A program made the position numbers and the translations under genes. Under the pieces are notes generated by a model. The model worked only from the letters and a program-made list of their open reading frames with translations. It ran no database searches and was not told where the DNA came from. Source: Methyloceanibacter sp. (GTDB taxonomy: Bacteria > Pseudomonadota > Alphaproteobacteria > Rhizobiales > Methyloligellaceae). Taken from it: DNA of 57,706 bases. Location: contig DATICH010000161.1 of assembly GCA_035456885.1 (NCBI GenBank), positions 1-57,706 of the forward strand, written 5' to 3'. Positions 8,893 through 20,097 of the stretch are shown piece by piece. Each line of letters starts with the position of its first letter. The stretch's first letter is position 1.

Positions 8893-11800
8893 ATGAAGCA
8901 GGAGGTTCAAAGCACGCCAGACCAGGCGCAACAGCCCTTCGTGCATTTGCGGGTGCATTCGGCCTATTCGCTGCTTGAAGGCGCACTGACCATCCCAAAG
9001 CTCGCGCAGCTTGCACACGACGATAGAGCACCGGCGCTCGCGCTTACCGACTCGAACAATCTGTTCGGCGCGCTCGAATTCTCCGAGGCGCTCGCCGGCT
9101 TGGGCGTCCAGCCAATCATCGGCATGACGCTATCGCTGACTTTTGCAAGCGGGCAGGAGAACACCGGGCTCGTCCATGTCGCCGAGCCGAACCGTCCTCG
9201 CACCGATGGGCGCATCGCACTGCTTGCCAAGGACGCACAAGGCTACGCGAATTTGATGCAGCTTTCGACCGACGCCTATTTCGCTGCAAGTGAAAGCGGC
9301 GAGGTTGTGGTCGCTATTGACGAACTTGCGGCACGGGGCGAAGGCCTAGTCGCGCTGACCGGCGGACTCGAAGGACCTATCGACCGGGCGCTGGCCGACG
9401 GCAATGCTGAGACTGCTCGCGCGCGTATCGAAGCGCTCCAAGCAATTTTCGGCGACCGGCTCTATATCGAGATTCAGCGGCACGGGCTGCCACAACAACG
9501 CACGGTTGAGCCGCTGCTGCTCAATCTCGCCTACGACCTGGAGCTCCCCGTCGTCGCTACCAACGACCCCAACTTTGCGAGTGCCGACGATTTCGAGGCG
9601 CATGACGCGCTGATCTGCATCGCCCAAGGGAGCTATGTCGCGGTCGACGAGCGCCGCCGCTTGAGTCCCGAGCATTATTTCAAGACGGCAGACCAGATGC
9701 GCGCGCTGTTTGCCGATCTGCCGGAGGCGCTCGACAACACGCTTGAGATTGCCCGCCGCTGCGCCTATCGGCCCGTGCAACGCCAACCCATCCTGCCGCC
9801 CTTCCTCACCAACGGCGAAGCTTCGAGCGCCGTCGCCGAGACCGAGGCCGCGGAGCTTCGCCGCCAATCGGAAATGGGCCTGAAGCAGAGGATCGCACAG
9901 CATGGCACCGCGCCAGGCTACGATGCGGTGGCCTATGCCGAACGGCTCGCCTTCGAGCTCGATGTCATCACCGGCATGAACTATCAGGGCTATTTCCTGA
10001 TCGTTGCCGACTTTATCAAATGGGCTAAGGGGCAGGGCATCCCCGTCGGCCCCGGTCGCGGTTCCGGCGCGGGCTCGCTCGTCGCCTACGCGCTCACCAT
10101 CACCGATCTCGACCCGATCCGCTTCGGGCTCCTGTTCGAGCGGTTCTTGAACCCCGAGCGCGTATCGATGCCGGATTTCGACATCGATTTCTGCCAGGAC
10201 CGGCGCGACGAGGTGATCGCCTATGTGCGCGAGCGCTACGGCGCGCATCGCGTGGCGCATATCATCACCTTCGGCAAGCTTCAGGCCCGCGCGGTGCTTC
10301 GCGATGTCGGCCGCGTGCTGCAAATGCCCTATGGGCAGGTGGACCGGCTGTGCAAGCTCGTGCCGATGAACCCGGCCAATCCCGTCACTCTAGCCCAGGC
10401 CATTGCCACCGAGCCCAGACTGCAAGAGGCGCGCGAGGCCGAGCCGATCGTGGACAAGCTGCTCAATATCGGCCAGCGGCTCGAAGGCCTTTACCGCCAT
10501 GCCTCGACCCATGCCGCCGGCGTGGTCATTGCCGACCGCCCGCTGATCGAGCTGGTTCCGCTCTATCGGGACGCTCGCGCCCAGCTGCCGGCCACCCAGT
10601 TCAGCATGAAGTGGGCCGAGGCCGCGGGACTGGTGAAATTCGACTTTCTCGGATTGAAGACGCTCACCGTGATCGAGACAGCGCGCAAGCTCATCGCGCG
10701 GCGCGGCGTTGAACTCGATCCATCAACACTTCCACTGGACGACCCGGCGGCCTACGAACTCCTGCAAAAAGGCGACACAGTCGGCGTATTTCAACTCGAA
10801 GGGCAGGGCATGCGCGACGCCTTGCGCAAGCTCAAGCCCGACCGCTTCGAGGACATCATCGCCATCGTCGCGCTCTATCGTCCCGGCCCGATGGACAACA
10901 TCGACTCCTATGTGAACCGCAAGCACGGTCGCGAACAGATCGAAAGCTTGCACCCGGCAATCGCGCCGATCCTCGACGAGACCTATGGCGTGATCATCTA
11001 CCAAGAGCAGGTGATGCAGATCGCCCAGGTGTTGTCAGGCTACTCGCTCGGCGAGGCGGATCTCCTGCGCCGCGCGATGGGCAAGAAGATTAAAAAAGAG
11101 ATGGCCGCACAGAAAACGCGCTTCATCGAAGGGGCGATTGCAAACGGGGTCGATCGCGGGCGCGCCGAATATATCTTCGAGCTGGTGGCGAAATTTGCGG
11201 GCTATGGATTCAATAAGTCGCATGCCGCAGCCTACGCGCTGATCGCCTACCAAACCGCTTATTTCAAGGCAAACTATCCCAACGAGTTCGTCGCTGCTTC
11301 GATGACGCTCGACATGGGCAATACCGACAAGCTGAACGGCTTCGCGCAGGAAGCGCGACGGCTCGGGCTTCGCATCGAGCCGCCCTCGGTCAATCGTTCG
11401 GAGGTCGGCTTCATCCCGAGCGAGGGCGCCATCCGCTATTCGCTGGCAGCGCTGAAGAACGTGGGGCGCCACACGGTGGAACATATTTGCACCGAGCGCG
11501 CCGCAGGAGGCGCCTTCAAGGACATTTCCGACTTCGCGCACCGCATCAATCCACGTCTCGTCAATAAGCGCGCGCTCGAGACCCTGGCCGCCGCCGGCGC
11601 GCTCGATGAACTGGGGCTCGACCGGGCAACCGCCTTTGCCAATGTCGATCGCATCATCGCCGCAGGCAATCGATCGCTGGAGACGAGCGCCGAAGGTCAG
11701 GAGGATCTGTTCTCGGGAGAAGCGCATTTGCCGCCGCCCATCGACCTCCGCCCGGCAAAGCCTTGGGTGCCCACTGACCGCCTGTCGCGCGAGTTCGAGG

Positions 11801-12393
11801 CTGTCGGCTTCTTCCTCACCGGCCATCCGCTCGACGACTACAAGGATGTGCTCGAGGCGCTCGGCGCCGAGTCATGGGTCGAGTTCGCCACCAAAGCGCG
11901 CAGCCGCCGCGTGGTCGGCACCCTGTCCGGCACCGTGCTTTCCGCCCGCGAGCGTAAGGGCAAGAGCGGCAACACTTACGCTTTTGCAGCCTTCTCCGAC
12001 CCGACCGGCCAATTCGAGGCGGTGATCTTCTCCGAAGTACTGGCGGCTTCGCGTCCCCTGCTGGAACCTGGCACCGCCGTCCTGCTCGATGTTGAGGCCG
12101 AGGCCGACGGCGACACCATCAAGGTCAGGGTGCAGAAGCTCGCCTCGCTCGACAAGGTGGCCGAAGCACGCCACGCGGGCATGAAGGTCTATGTCGAGGA
12201 CGTGCGGGCCCTCGGACCGCTTGCCGAACAAGTTGGGACCGGCGGGGGGCAGGGGCAGTTCCGGCTCGTGCTGCGCCTTCCCGATCTCCCGCAAGAGGTC
12301 GAGTTCGTCCTGCCGCAAGGCATCGACGCCACGCCAAAGCAAAGAAGCGCGCTCAAACTCGTGAAAGGGGTGGGCGCCATCCGCGCCCTGTAG
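8893..12393 (+). CDS. dnaE: DNA polymerase III alpha subunit
   Basis: FVHLRVHSAYSLLEGA (PHP domain), GPGRGSGAGS, PDFDIDF, KFDFLGL, YGFNKSH. Confidence 0.98.
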   Translation: MKQEVQSTPDQAQQPFVHLRVHSAYSLLEGALTIPKLAQLAHDDRAPALALTDSNNLFGALEFSEALAGLGVQPIIGMTLSLTFASGQENTGLVHVAEPNRPRTDGRIALLAKDAQGYANLMQLSTDAYFAASESGEVVVAIDELAARGEGLVALTGGLEGPIDRALADGNAETARARIEALQAIFGDRLYIEIQRHGLPQQRTVEPLLLNLAYDLELPVVATNDPNFASADDFEAHDALICIAQGSYVAVDERRRLSPEHYFKTADQMRALFADLPEALDNTLEIARRCAYRPVQRQPILPPFLTNGEASSAVAETEAAELRRQSEMGLKQRIAQHGTAPGYDAVAYAERLAFELDVITGMNYQGYFLIVADFIKWAKGQGIPVGPGRGSGAGSLVAYALTITDLDPIRFGLLFERFLNPERVSMPDFDIDFCQDRRDEVIAYVRERYGAHRVAHIITFGKLQARAVLRDVGRVLQMPYGQVDRLCKLVPMNPANPVTLAQAIATEPRLQEAREAEPIVDKLLNIGQRLEGLYRHASTHAAGVVIADRPLIELVPLYRDARAQLPATQFSMKWAEAAGLVKFDFLGLKTLTVIETARKLIARRGVELDPSTLPLDDPAAYELLQKGDTVGVFQLEGQGMRDALRKLKPDRFEDIIAIVALYRPGPMDNIDSYVNRKHGREQIESLHPAIAPILDETYGVIIYQEQVMQIAQVLSGYSLGEADLLRRAMGKKIKKEMAAQKTRFIEGAIANGVDRGRAEYIFELVAKFAGYGFNKSHAAAYALIAYQTAYFKANYPNEFVAASMTLDMGNTDKLNGFAQEARRLGLRIEPPSVNRSEVGFIPSEGAIRYSLAALKNVGRHTVEHICTERAAGGAFKDISDFAHRINPRLVNKRALETLAAAGALDELGLDRATAFANVDRIIAAGNRSLETSAEGQEDLFSGEAHLPPPIDLRPAKPWVPTDRLSREFEAVGFFLTGHPLDDYKDVLEALGAESWVEFATKARSRRVVGTLSGTVLSARERKGKSGNTYAFAAFSDPTGQFEAVIFSEVLAASRPLLEPGTAVLLDVEAEADGDTIKVRVQKLASLDKVAEARHAGMKVYVEDVRALGPLAEQVGTGGGQGQFRLVLRLPDLPQEVEFVLPQGIDATPKQRSALKLVKGVGAIRAL

Positions 12394-12427
12394 CGGCCCG
12401 AAAGCTCGATTTCCCGGCCTCTGGGCC

Positions 12428-12456
12428 TTGCCAAGCCGAACCCCGCTCCCTATAAA
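12428..12456 (+). promoter_or_regulatory. rpsB-tsf promoter
   Basis: TTGCCA-N17-TATAAA, about 135 nt upstream of the rpsB start. Confidence 0.7.
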
Positions 12457-12462
12457 CCGCAC

Positions 12463-12590
12463 CATCTCACACGCGGGGTCTAAGCGTCACACGGGCTCTC
12501 CTAGCCTTTGCGCTCGCTCCGGTGACCTGGCTTCGGCCAAGTCTTCCTATCCCGCGGCGGACAGAACCGGAAAAAGGAGTCAGCAGTCCA
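12463..12590 (+). promoter_or_regulatory. Structured rpsB 5' leader (t44/S2-leader-like)
   Basis: Long 5' UTR; CGCGGG (12472-12477) can pair with CCCGCG (12551-12556); internal TGGC-TTCG-GCCA hairpin; SD AGGAG. Autoregulatory S2 leaders are established upstream of rpsB. Confidence 0.55.
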
Positions 12591-13508
12591 ATGGCACTGC
12601 CCAATGTTTCTATGCGCCAACTGCTCGAGGCTGGCGTGCATTTCGGTCATCAGACCCATCGCTGGAACCCGAAGATGGCGCCCTTTATCTACGGGTCCCG
12701 CAACAACATCCACATCATCGACCTCACCCAGACGGTGCCGCTCTTGCATCAAGCGCTGCTCGCGGTGTCCGATGTGATCGCCAGGGGCGGCCGCGTTCTG
12801 TTCGTCGGCACCAAGCGCCAAGCCTCTGAGACGGTCGCGGAGGCCGCCAAGTCCTGTGCGCAATATTTCGTCAATCACCGCTGGCTCGGCGGCACTCTCA
12901 CCAATTGGCGCACCATCTCCAATTCGATCAAGCGCCTCAAGTCGCTGGAGGAGCTGCTTGAGGGCGACCATCACGGCCTCACCAAGAAGGAGTTGCTCCA
13001 ACTTACGCGCGAGCGCGACAAGCTCGAGCGTTCGCTCGGCGGCATCAAGGATATGGGCGCGGTGCCCGATCTGATGTTTGTGATCGATACCAACAAGGAA
13101 TCAATCGCCATCGCCGAGGCACGCAAGCTGCACATGCCGGTGGTAGCGATCGTAGACTCAAATTGCGATCCTGAAGGCATTAGCCACCCCATTCCGGGCA
13201 ATGACGACGCCGGGCGCGCTATCACACTTTATTGCGATCTGATCGCCAAGGCTGCGCTGGACGGCATCGAGCGGGCGCAAGGTGCGGTCGGGATGGACCT
13301 CGGTGCGGCGGAAGAGCCGGTTGCCGAGCCGGGGCTCGAAGGGGAAGAAGGCAGCGAGCGGCCGAGCCAGCCCGATCGCCGTCCGAGGAAGAAGCCTACC
13401 CGAAGCGAGCCGAGGGGGCCCGGCAGGGGCGGGGCCAGAAGCGACGGGAAGCGGCCGCCCCGTAAGCCAAAGGCCGCCGGTGGCGCGGAGCAAGGGGCCA
13501 AGGACTAA
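12591..13508 (+). CDS. rpsB: 30S ribosomal protein S2
   Basis: [37 protein letters not shown]; ATG follows SD AAGGAG. Confidence 0.98.
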   Translation: MALPNVSMRQLLEAGVHFGHQTHRWNPKMAPFIYGSRNNIHIIDLTQTVPLLHQALLAVSDVIARGGRVLFVGTKRQASETVAEAAKSCAQYFVNHRWLGGTLTNWRTISNSIKRLKSLEELLEGDHHGLTKKELLQLTRERDKLERSLGGIKDMGAVPDLMFVIDTNKESIAIAEARKLHMPVVAIVDSNCDPEGISHPIPGNDDAGRAITLYCDLIAKAALDGIERAQGAVGMDLGAAEEPVAEPGLEGEEGSERPSQPDRRPRKKPTRSEPRGPGRGGARSDGKRPPRKPKAAGGAEQGAKD

Positions 13509-13523
13509 GGACTAGGCACGAAC

Positions 13524-14453
13524 ATGACGACGATTACCGCAACCACGGTCAAAGAGCTGCGCGACAAAACCGGCGCTGGCATGATGGACTGCAAGGCGGC
13601 TCTGAATGAAACCAACGGCGACATGGAGGCGGCCGTCGATTGGCTGCGCGCCAAGGGTCTGGCCAAGGCCGCCAAGAAGGCCGGACGCGTCGCCGCCGAA
13701 GGACTGATCGGGCTCGCCGCCGATACCAAGGAGGCCGCGCTGGTCGAGGTCAACTCGGAGACAGATTTCGTCGCTCGCAATCAGAAATTTCAGGAGATGG
13801 TGAGCGCGATCGCCGCGGCCGCGCTGAAGGTGAAAGGCAATGTCGACAAACTCGCCGACGCCAAATATGGCAGCGGAAATGCCACCGTCGCCGACACGAT
13901 CAAGGGGATGATCGGCGCGATCGGCGAGAATATGAGCTTGCGGCGAGCCGATTATCTTTCCGTGACCAAGGGCGTTGTCGCGAGCTACATGCACAACACC
14001 ATCGCGCCAGACCTCGGCAAGATCGGCGTGATCGTGGCGCTTGAATCCGATGGCGATGTCGAGCAGCTCAAGCGCTTCGGGCGTCAGGTCGCCATGCATA
14101 TCGCTGCCGCGAATCCTCAAGCCGTCGACATCGAAAGCCTCGACAAGGCACTGATCGAGCGAGAACGCGCCGTTCTGGCCGAGCAGGCCAAGGAATCCGG
14201 TAAGCCGGCCAATGTCATCGATAAGATGGTCGAAGGCCGTTTGCGGAAGTTCTATGAGGAAGTCGTTCTCTTGGCGCAGGCCTTCGTGCACGACCCCGAC
14301 ATGACGGTGGCCAAGGCCGTGTCTGCCGCCGAGCAGGCCGCCAGGGCGCCGATCAAGATCACCGGCTTTCAACGATTTGCCTTGGGCGAGGGGATCGACC
14401 GGCCCGACACCGATTTCGCCGCGGAGGTTGCGGCCGCCGTATCGCAACCTTAG
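13524..14453 (+). CDS. tsf: Elongation factor Ts
   Basis: [32 protein letters not shown]. Confidence 0.98.
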   Translation: MTTITATTVKELRDKTGAGMMDCKAALNETNGDMEAAVDWLRAKGLAKAAKKAGRVAAEGLIGLAADTKEAALVEVNSETDFVARNQKFQEMVSAIAAAALKVKGNVDKLADAKYGSGNATVADTIKGMIGAIGENMSLRRADYLSVTKGVVASYMHNTIAPDLGKIGVIVALESDGDVEQLKRFGRQVAMHIAAANPQAVDIESLDKALIERERAVLAEQAKESGKPANVIDKMVEGRLRKFYEEVVLLAQAFVHDPDMTVAKAVSAAEQAARAPIKITGFQRFALGEGIDRPDTDFAAEVAAAVSQP

Positions 14454-14509
14454 GGTTGGTCCGCCTGACAGATTCGCGGGGCCACCGCCGCGCGCCGGAG
14501 TTTGAGCTG

Positions 14510-15253
14510 ATGGCAAAGCCGCAACCAGCCGCGATGCTTCGCTACCGCCGCGTGCTTTTGAAGCTGTCGGGCGAAGCGCTTGCCGGCGCCAGGGGCTACG
14601 GCATCGACCTCGCGGTGCTGAAGCCGATCGCCAAGGACATCGCCGCCACGGTTGCCTCCGGCGCCGAGCTTTGCCTCGTGGTCGGCGCCGGCAATATCTT
14701 TCGCGGGCTGATGGCGGCGGAAGGCGGCATGGACCGCGCGCGCGCCGATTATATGGGCATGTTGGCGACCGTGATGAACGCGCTCGCATTGCAGACCGCG
14801 ATCCAGAACGAGGGGCTGACGGCACGCGTGCTGTCGGCCATTCCCATGCCCACGGTGTGCGAATCCTACATTCGCGACAAGGCGCTCGATCATCTCGACA
14901 AGGGCAGGGTGGTGATCTTCGCGGGCGGTACAGGCAATCCTTATTTCACCACCGATACGGCAGCGGCCCTGAGGGCCGCAGAGATGGGCTGCGACGCCCT
15001 ATTCAAGGCCACCCAGGTCGACGGCGTTTACGACGTCGATCCCAAGAAATCGCCCAATGCCCGCCGTTACGACCGCCTGAGCTATGACGATGTTTTGAAA
15101 CAGGATTTGCGCGTCATGGACGGCGCAGCAATCGCCCTTGCCCGGGACAATCGGATTCCGATAATTGTGTTTTCTATCAAGAGCCAAGACGGCTTGGCAT
15201 CAGTGCTACAAGGACAGGGCTCCGCGACCGTTATCGACGGCGGAGGAGCGTGA
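14510..15253 (+). CDS. pyrH: UMP kinase
   Basis: [41 protein letters not shown]. Confidence 0.97.
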   Translation: MAKPQPAAMLRYRRVLLKLSGEALAGARGYGIDLAVLKPIAKDIAATVASGAELCLVVGAGNIFRGLMAAEGGMDRARADYMGMLATVMNALALQTAIQNEGLTARVLSAIPMPTVCESYIRDKALDHLDKGRVVIFAGGTGNPYFTTDTAAALRAAEMGCDALFKATQVDGVYDVDPKKSPNARRYDRLSYDDVLKQDLRVMDGAAIALARDNRIPIIVFSIKSQDGLASVLQGQGSATVIDGGGA

Positions 15254-15310
15254 GGAAGCGCAGTGGCCCGCGCCCGCTTGAGCGATGCGGCCGGGCAGCA
15301 GGAAGGCGAC

Positions 15311-15868
15311 ATGACCAAGTTCGACCTTAAGGAGATCGAGCGGCGGATGCGCGGCGCTGTCAGCGTGCTCAAGCAAGAATTCGGCGGCTTGCGCACTGGC
15401 CGAGCGAATGCAAGCCTGCTCGATCCGATCATGGTGAACGCCTATGGCAGTCCCATGCCTCTCAACCAGCTCGCCACGGTGAACGCGCCGGAGCCTCGGC
15501 TCATCACCGTGCAGGTGTGGGACCGCAGCCAAGCCGGCGCGGTGGAGCGTGCTATCCGCGAGTCCGATCTCGGGCTCAACCCGGTAGTCGAGGGGCAGCT
15601 CTTGCGTCTGCCGATCCCGGAGCTCAATCAGGAGCGGCGTCAGGAAATTGCCAAAGTCGCCCACAAATACGCCGAGCAAGCGCGCATAGCCGTGCGCAAC
15701 GTCCGGCGCGACGGCATGGAGCATCTGAAACGCGCCGAGAAGGAACACGAGATGGGCAAGGACGAGCACCATGCGCTCTCGACCAAAGTGCAAGAGCTGA
15801 CGGACAAGATCATCAAGGAAATCGACGAGGCCCTTGCCAGCAAGGAAGCCGAGATCATGCAGGTCTAA
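15311..15868 (+). CDS. frr: Ribosome recycling factor
   Basis: [27 protein letters not shown]. Confidence 0.97.
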   Translation: MTKFDLKEIERRMRGAVSVLKQEFGGLRTGRANASLLDPIMVNAYGSPMPLNQLATVNAPEPRLITVQVWDRSQAGAVERAIRESDLGLNPVVEGQLLRLPIPELNQERRQEIAKVAHKYAEQARIAVRNVRRDGMEHLKRAEKEHEMGKDEHHALSTKVQELTDKIIKEIDEALASKEAEIMQV

Positions 15869-15916
15869 TGCAGGATCGGAGCGGACACTCGGACCTCTCA
15901 TTCGGAGCAGCCTGAC

Positions 15917-16675
15917 TTGACTCTAACGGTGGAAAAGCTTGCTTGGGGCGCGACCGACAAACCGGCCATTCGCCATATTGCGATCATCATGGACGGCAAC
16001 GGACGCTGGGCCGCCGAACGCGGGCTGCCGCGCGCGGAGGGTCATCGCCAGGGCGTCGAGAGCGTGCGACGCACGGTCGAGGCCTCGCTCGAGCTCGGCA
16101 TCAGCCACCTCACCCTGTTCAGCTTCTCCTCGGAGAATTGGACGCGCCCGAAGCAGGAGATCAACGATCTGTTCGGTCTCCTGCGCCGCTTCATCCGCCG
16201 CGACCTGGCCGATCTGCACAAACATGGCGTGAAGATCCGCGTGATCGGCACCCGCGAGGGTCTCGACGCCGATATCCTTCGGATGATCGACGAGGCGGTC
16301 GAGCTCACCAAGGACAATGCGGCGCTCAATCTTACCATCGCCTTCAATTACGGCGCGCGGGATGAGATCGCCCGGGCCGCCCAGCGCATCGCCGCGGACG
16401 TAGCCGATGGTGCATTGTCGGCGGCCGAGGTCACCGAGGAGCGGTTCGGCGCCTATCTCGACACCGCCAATCTTCCCGATCCCGATCTCCTGATCCGAAC
16501 CAGCGGCGAGCTTCGCTTGTCGAACTTTCTCCTCTGGCAGCTCGCCTATGCCGAGTTCGTGTTCGTCGACACGTACTGGCCCGACTTCACGCGCGACCAG
16601 CTTGAGGCGGCGATTGCCGAATATCATCGCCGCAGCCGTCGCTTCGGCGGCACCTCCGCGAGATCGACCGCGTGA
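15917..16675 (+). CDS. uppS: Undecaprenyl diphosphate synthase
   Basis: HIAIIMDGNGRWA, FSSENW, PDLLIRTSGE.RLSNFLLWQ. Confidence 0.97.
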   Translation: MTLTVEKLAWGATDKPAIRHIAIIMDGNGRWAAERGLPRAEGHRQGVESVRRTVEASLELGISHLTLFSFSSENWTRPKQEINDLFGLLRRFIRRDLADLHKHGVKIRVIGTREGLDADILRMIDEAVELTKDNAALNLTIAFNYGARDEIARAAQRIAADVADGALSAAEVTEERFGAYLDTANLPDPDLLIRTSGELRLSNFLLWQLAYAEFVFVDTYWPDFTRDQLEAAIAEYHRRSRRFGGTSARSTA

Positions 16676-17532
16676 GGCGGACCGAGACGCTCCCCAAGAG
16701 CGAGCCTGAGAAAGCGGCCGTCCGGCCAGGCGAGATCGTCCTACGCATTGCCTCCGCGCTAGTGCTTGCCGCCGTGGCGCTCGGCGCTACCCTCTACAGC
16801 CCCTGGACCTTTCTCGTTCTCGTCATGGTGGGCGGCGGATTGGCTGTCTGGGAGTGGGGAAGGCTGACACGCGGCAATGGCTTCGACGGTACGGCGCTGA
16901 TTTCTGCCGTGGCGGTCGGCGCAGCCGCCGTGCTCATCTCCCTCCGGCAACCGAATCTCGCGGCATTGATCCTCACCGCCGTGTCCGTCGCCATTTTCGT
17001 AACGCAGCCCACGCGGTCGGAGTCCGCCTGGTCGCTCGCCGGTCTGCTTTATGTCGCGCTGCCGGCCGCCGCCCTGGTGTGGCTACGCGGCGATCCCGCC
17101 CTGGGGGCCATTGCCGTGGTTTATCTTTTTGTCGTTGCCTGGACCACCGATACAGCCTCTTATGCCGCCGGGCGCCTGATCGGCGGTCCCAAGCTCGCGC
17201 CTCGCATCTCCCCGCGCAAGACCTGGAGCGGGTTCATCATCGGGGCTTTGACGCCGGCTCTGGTCGGTATCGCCTTCGCGTTTGCTCTCAAGAGCACGTC
17301 GGCCTTATGGCTTGCCCTGGTGAGCGTGGCGCTGGCGTTGGCCTGCCAGGCTGGAGACCTGACCGAGAGTTGGGTCAAGCGCCGCTTCGGAGCCAAGGAT
17401 ATGAGCCGAATGATTCCAGGCCATGGCGGACTACTCGACCGCATCGACGGTGTTCTCTTCGCTGCGGTCGTGGCCGCGCTGATCGCCGTGCGCGATCTGG
17501 CGAATCCGGGCCGCGGCTTGCTCATCTGGTGA
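16672..17532 (+). CDS. cdsA: Phosphatidate cytidylyltransferase
   Basis: ISPRKTWSG, GDLTESWVKR..KD....PGHGGLLDRID. Confidence 0.95.
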   Translation: MRRTETLPKSEPEKAAVRPGEIVLRIASALVLAAVALGATLYSPWTFLVLVMVGGGLAVWEWGRLTRGNGFDGTALISAVAVGAAAVLISLRQPNLAALILTAVSVAIFVTQPTRSESAWSLAGLLYVALPAAALVWLRGDPALGAIAVVYLFVVAWTTDTASYAAGRLIGGPKLAPRISPRKTWSGFIIGALTPALVGIAFAFALKSTSALWLALVSVALALACQAGDLTESWVKRRFGAKDMSRMIPGHGGLLDRIDGVLFAAVVAALIAVRDLANPGRGLLIW

Positions 17533-18761
17533 AAGTGAGTCCCGTGTCGTCCTCGCTTGCGTCCCTCACCGTCGAGATCGAGACGCCCGCCGTCCGGCCG
17601 CGACGCATCTCCGTGCTCGGCGCCACGGGATCGATCGGCGAGAACACACTCGACCTGATCGGCCGGAACCCATCCGCTTACCACGTCGTCGCCCTTACCG
17701 GCGGACACAACGCCGCCCGTCTGGCCGAGCTCGCCATCCTGCACCGGGCCGAACTTGCCGTCGTCGCCGACCCCGAAGCCTATGACGCCTTGCATGCGGC
17801 GCTTGCTGGAACCGGCATCGAGATTGGTGCCGGAGAAGCGGCGTTGCTCGAGGCCGCGAGCCGCCCCGCCGACTGGATCATGGCGGCGATTGTCGGCGCC
17901 GCGGGATTGAAACCGACCCTCGAAGCTGTGCGGCAGGGCCGCATGACCGCGCTCGCCAACAAAGAATGCCTGGTATCGGCCGGCGACATCTTCATGGCCG
18001 AGGTCACCCGCTCGAAGGCCACGCTGCTCCCGGTAGACTCGGAGCATTCGGCAGTGATGCAAGTAACGGCAGGCGGGCGACACGAGCGGATCGAGCTTGT
18101 CTGTCTCACCGCCTCGGGCGGTCCGTTCCGCGCCTGGAGCCTGCAAGAGATGCGCTCGGCGCGGCCCGAGCAGGCCCTCAATCACCCGAATTGGTCGATG
18201 GGGCCCAAAGTAACGATCGATTCCGCAACTCTGATGAACAAGGGGCTCGAACTGCTCGAAGCGCATCATCTTTTCGCGCTGGCTCCGGCCAAGCTCGGCG
18301 TGGTGATCCATCCGCAGTCGATCGTCCACTGCCTCGTCCATTTGAGCGATGGCTCGGTGCTGGCGCAGTTGAGCTGTCCCGACATGCGTACGCCGATCGC
18401 CTATAGCCTTGCTTGGCCCGAGCGGATGCATGCACCGACCAAGCGTCTCGATCTGGCTTCGCTCGGAACTCTCAGCTTCGAAGCGCCCGACATGGAACGT
18501 TTTCCGGCGCTTAGACTGGCGCGGCAGGCGCTCGAAGCAGGCGGCAGCGCCGGAACCGTGCTCAATGCCGCCAATGAGGTTGCGGTGGAGGCGTATCTCG
18601 CCGGCCGGATCGGATTTCTCGCCATCGCCTCGCTGGTCGAGGCGACCTTGGAGGCAAGTGGCGGTCTCGCCGGCCAGCGCCGTAACGATGTCGAGGATGT
18701 GCTCGCGATCGATGCCGAAGCAAGGGCTTCTGCCAGAACATTGCTGAGCAGGTTTGCATAA
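17529..18761 (+). CDS. dxr: 1-deoxy-D-xylulose 5-phosphate reductoisomerase
   Basis: LGATGSIG, LANKE, PVDSEH, TASGGPFR, HPNWSMG.K.TIDSATLMNK; start placed at the GTGA overlap with cdsA (the longer called ORF is an over-extension). Confidence 0.96.
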   Translation: MKVSPVSSSLASLTVEIETPAVRPRRISVLGATGSIGENTLDLIGRNPSAYHVVALTGGHNAARLAELAILHRAELAVVADPEAYDALHAALAGTGIEIGAGEAALLEAASRPADWIMAAIVGAAGLKPTLEAVRQGRMTALANKECLVSAGDIFMAEVTRSKATLLPVDSEHSAVMQVTAGGRHERIELVCLTASGGPFRAWSLQEMRSARPEQALNHPNWSMGPKVTIDSATLMNKGLELLEAHHLFALAPAKLGVVIHPQSIVHCLVHLSDGSVLAQLSCPDMRTPIAYSLAWPERMHAPTKRLDLASLGTLSFEAPDMERFPALRLARQALEAGGSAGTVLNAANEVAVEAYLAGRIGFLAIASLVEATLEASGGLAGQRRNDVEDVLAIDAEARASARTLLSRFA

Positions 18762-18836
18762 AGCGAAGTTGGTCGCTAAGTAGTCTCAATCGGCTGAAAT
18801 AAGGCCGACTCGCCCCGCCCCAGCTGGATTAAGCAT

Positions 18837-19943
18837 ATGTTTCTTTACACGGTACTTGGCTTTTTGTTCGTTTTGACCGTTGTCGTGTTCTTCCACGAGC
18901 TCGGCCATTTCCTCGTCGCCCGCTGGTGCGGAGTCGCCATCAAGACTTTCTCGATCGGCTTCGGGCCCGAGATTTTCGGCTTCAACGACCGGCACGGCAC
19001 ACGCTGGCGATTATCCTGGATTCCCCTTGGCGGCTACGTAAAGTTCATCGATGACGAGAATGCCGCGAGCGCCGGCCAAAAATCGCTCGACCAGCTGACG
19101 CCCGAGGAGCGGAAACAGAGCTTCCAGGCTAAGCCCCTGGGTCAGCGCGCCGCCGTGGTGGCGGCCGGCCCGATCGCCAATTTCATCCTGGCCATTCTGA
19201 TCTTCACCGCCATCTTCGCCTTGTTCGGCGAACGCATTACCGCGGCCAAGGTTGACCTGGTCAATCCCGGCAGCGCGGCGGAACGCGCCGGGTTTCTTCC
19301 GGGCGACAAAGTACTCAGCATCGACGGCCAGACCATCGAAAGCTTCAGCGAGATGCAGCGCATTGTCGGCATGAGCCCAGACCAGCCGCTACATTTCGTG
19401 GTCGACCGCGAGGGCAAGCTGATCGATCTCACGGCGACACCCGAGCGCAAGGAAATCACCGATCATTTCGGCAACACGATTCGGCTCGGGCTGCTGGGAA
19501 TTCAGCGAAGCGCATCTCCCGACGATTGGACCCTCAAGCGACACGACCCGGTAACCGCTTTCATCATGGCGGTAAAGGAGTGCTATTTCGTCATCTCGCG
19601 GTCCCTGAGCTATCTCTACGACGTCATCACGGGACGGGAGGCGGCCGACCAGCTTGGCGGCCCTATTCGAATCGCCCAGATCTCCGGTCAGGTTGCCACG
19701 GCGGGCTTCGTTGCTCTGCTCAACCTCGCCGCCATAATTTCCGTGAGTATTGGGCTGCTGAATTTGTTTCCAATACCGATGCTCGATGGCGGTCATCTTC
19801 TGTTTTACGCAATTGAGGCGATCCGAGGGCGGCCCTTGAGCGAAACAACCCAAGAAATCGGCTTTCGCATTGGGCTCGCTTTCGTTCTCATGTTGATGCT
19901 GTTTGCAACCTGGAATGACTTGATTCATCTTAAGTTCTTGTGA
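18837..19943 (+). CDS. rseP: RIP metalloprotease RseP
   Basis: HELGH zinc motif, PLGGYVK, PDZ region, NLFPIPMLDGG. Confidence 0.96.
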   Translation: MFLYTVLGFLFVLTVVVFFHELGHFLVARWCGVAIKTFSIGFGPEIFGFNDRHGTRWRLSWIPLGGYVKFIDDENAASAGQKSLDQLTPEERKQSFQAKPLGQRAAVVAAGPIANFILAILIFTAIFALFGERITAAKVDLVNPGSAAERAGFLPGDKVLSIDGQTIESFSEMQRIVGMSPDQPLHFVVDREGKLIDLTATPERKEITDHFGNTIRLGLLGIQRSASPDDWTLKRHDPVTAFIMAVKECYFVISRSLSYLYDVITGREAADQLGGPIRIAQISGQVATAGFVALLNLAAIISVSIGLLNLFPIPMLDGGHLLFYAIEAIRGRPLSETTQEIGFRIGLAFVLMLMLFATWNDLIHLKFL

Positions 19944-19969
19944 GAGTAGGCGCCAGCAGCCAAGCATCC

Positions 19970-19993
19970 GACGGGGGCCCACGGGCCCCCGTC
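19970..19993. other. Strong GC hairpin between rseP and bamA
   Basis: GACGGGGGCCC-AC-GGGCCCCCGTC perfect inverted repeat; no U-tract on either strand. Confidence 0.5.
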
Positions 19994-20097
19994 TGCTCAG
20001 GGCGGCAAGAACCAAAAATCGGCCACAAACGGTGGCCAGTTTCGTGTCTGAAGCCGTAGCGGCGGCGGGGATCCGGCTCGAGGGGAAGACACCAGCA

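Noticed and set aside
8893-12393. Intein or intron in dnaE
   Set aside because: Length (about 1166 aa) and motif spacing are normal; no splice-junction or homing-endonuclease motifs seen
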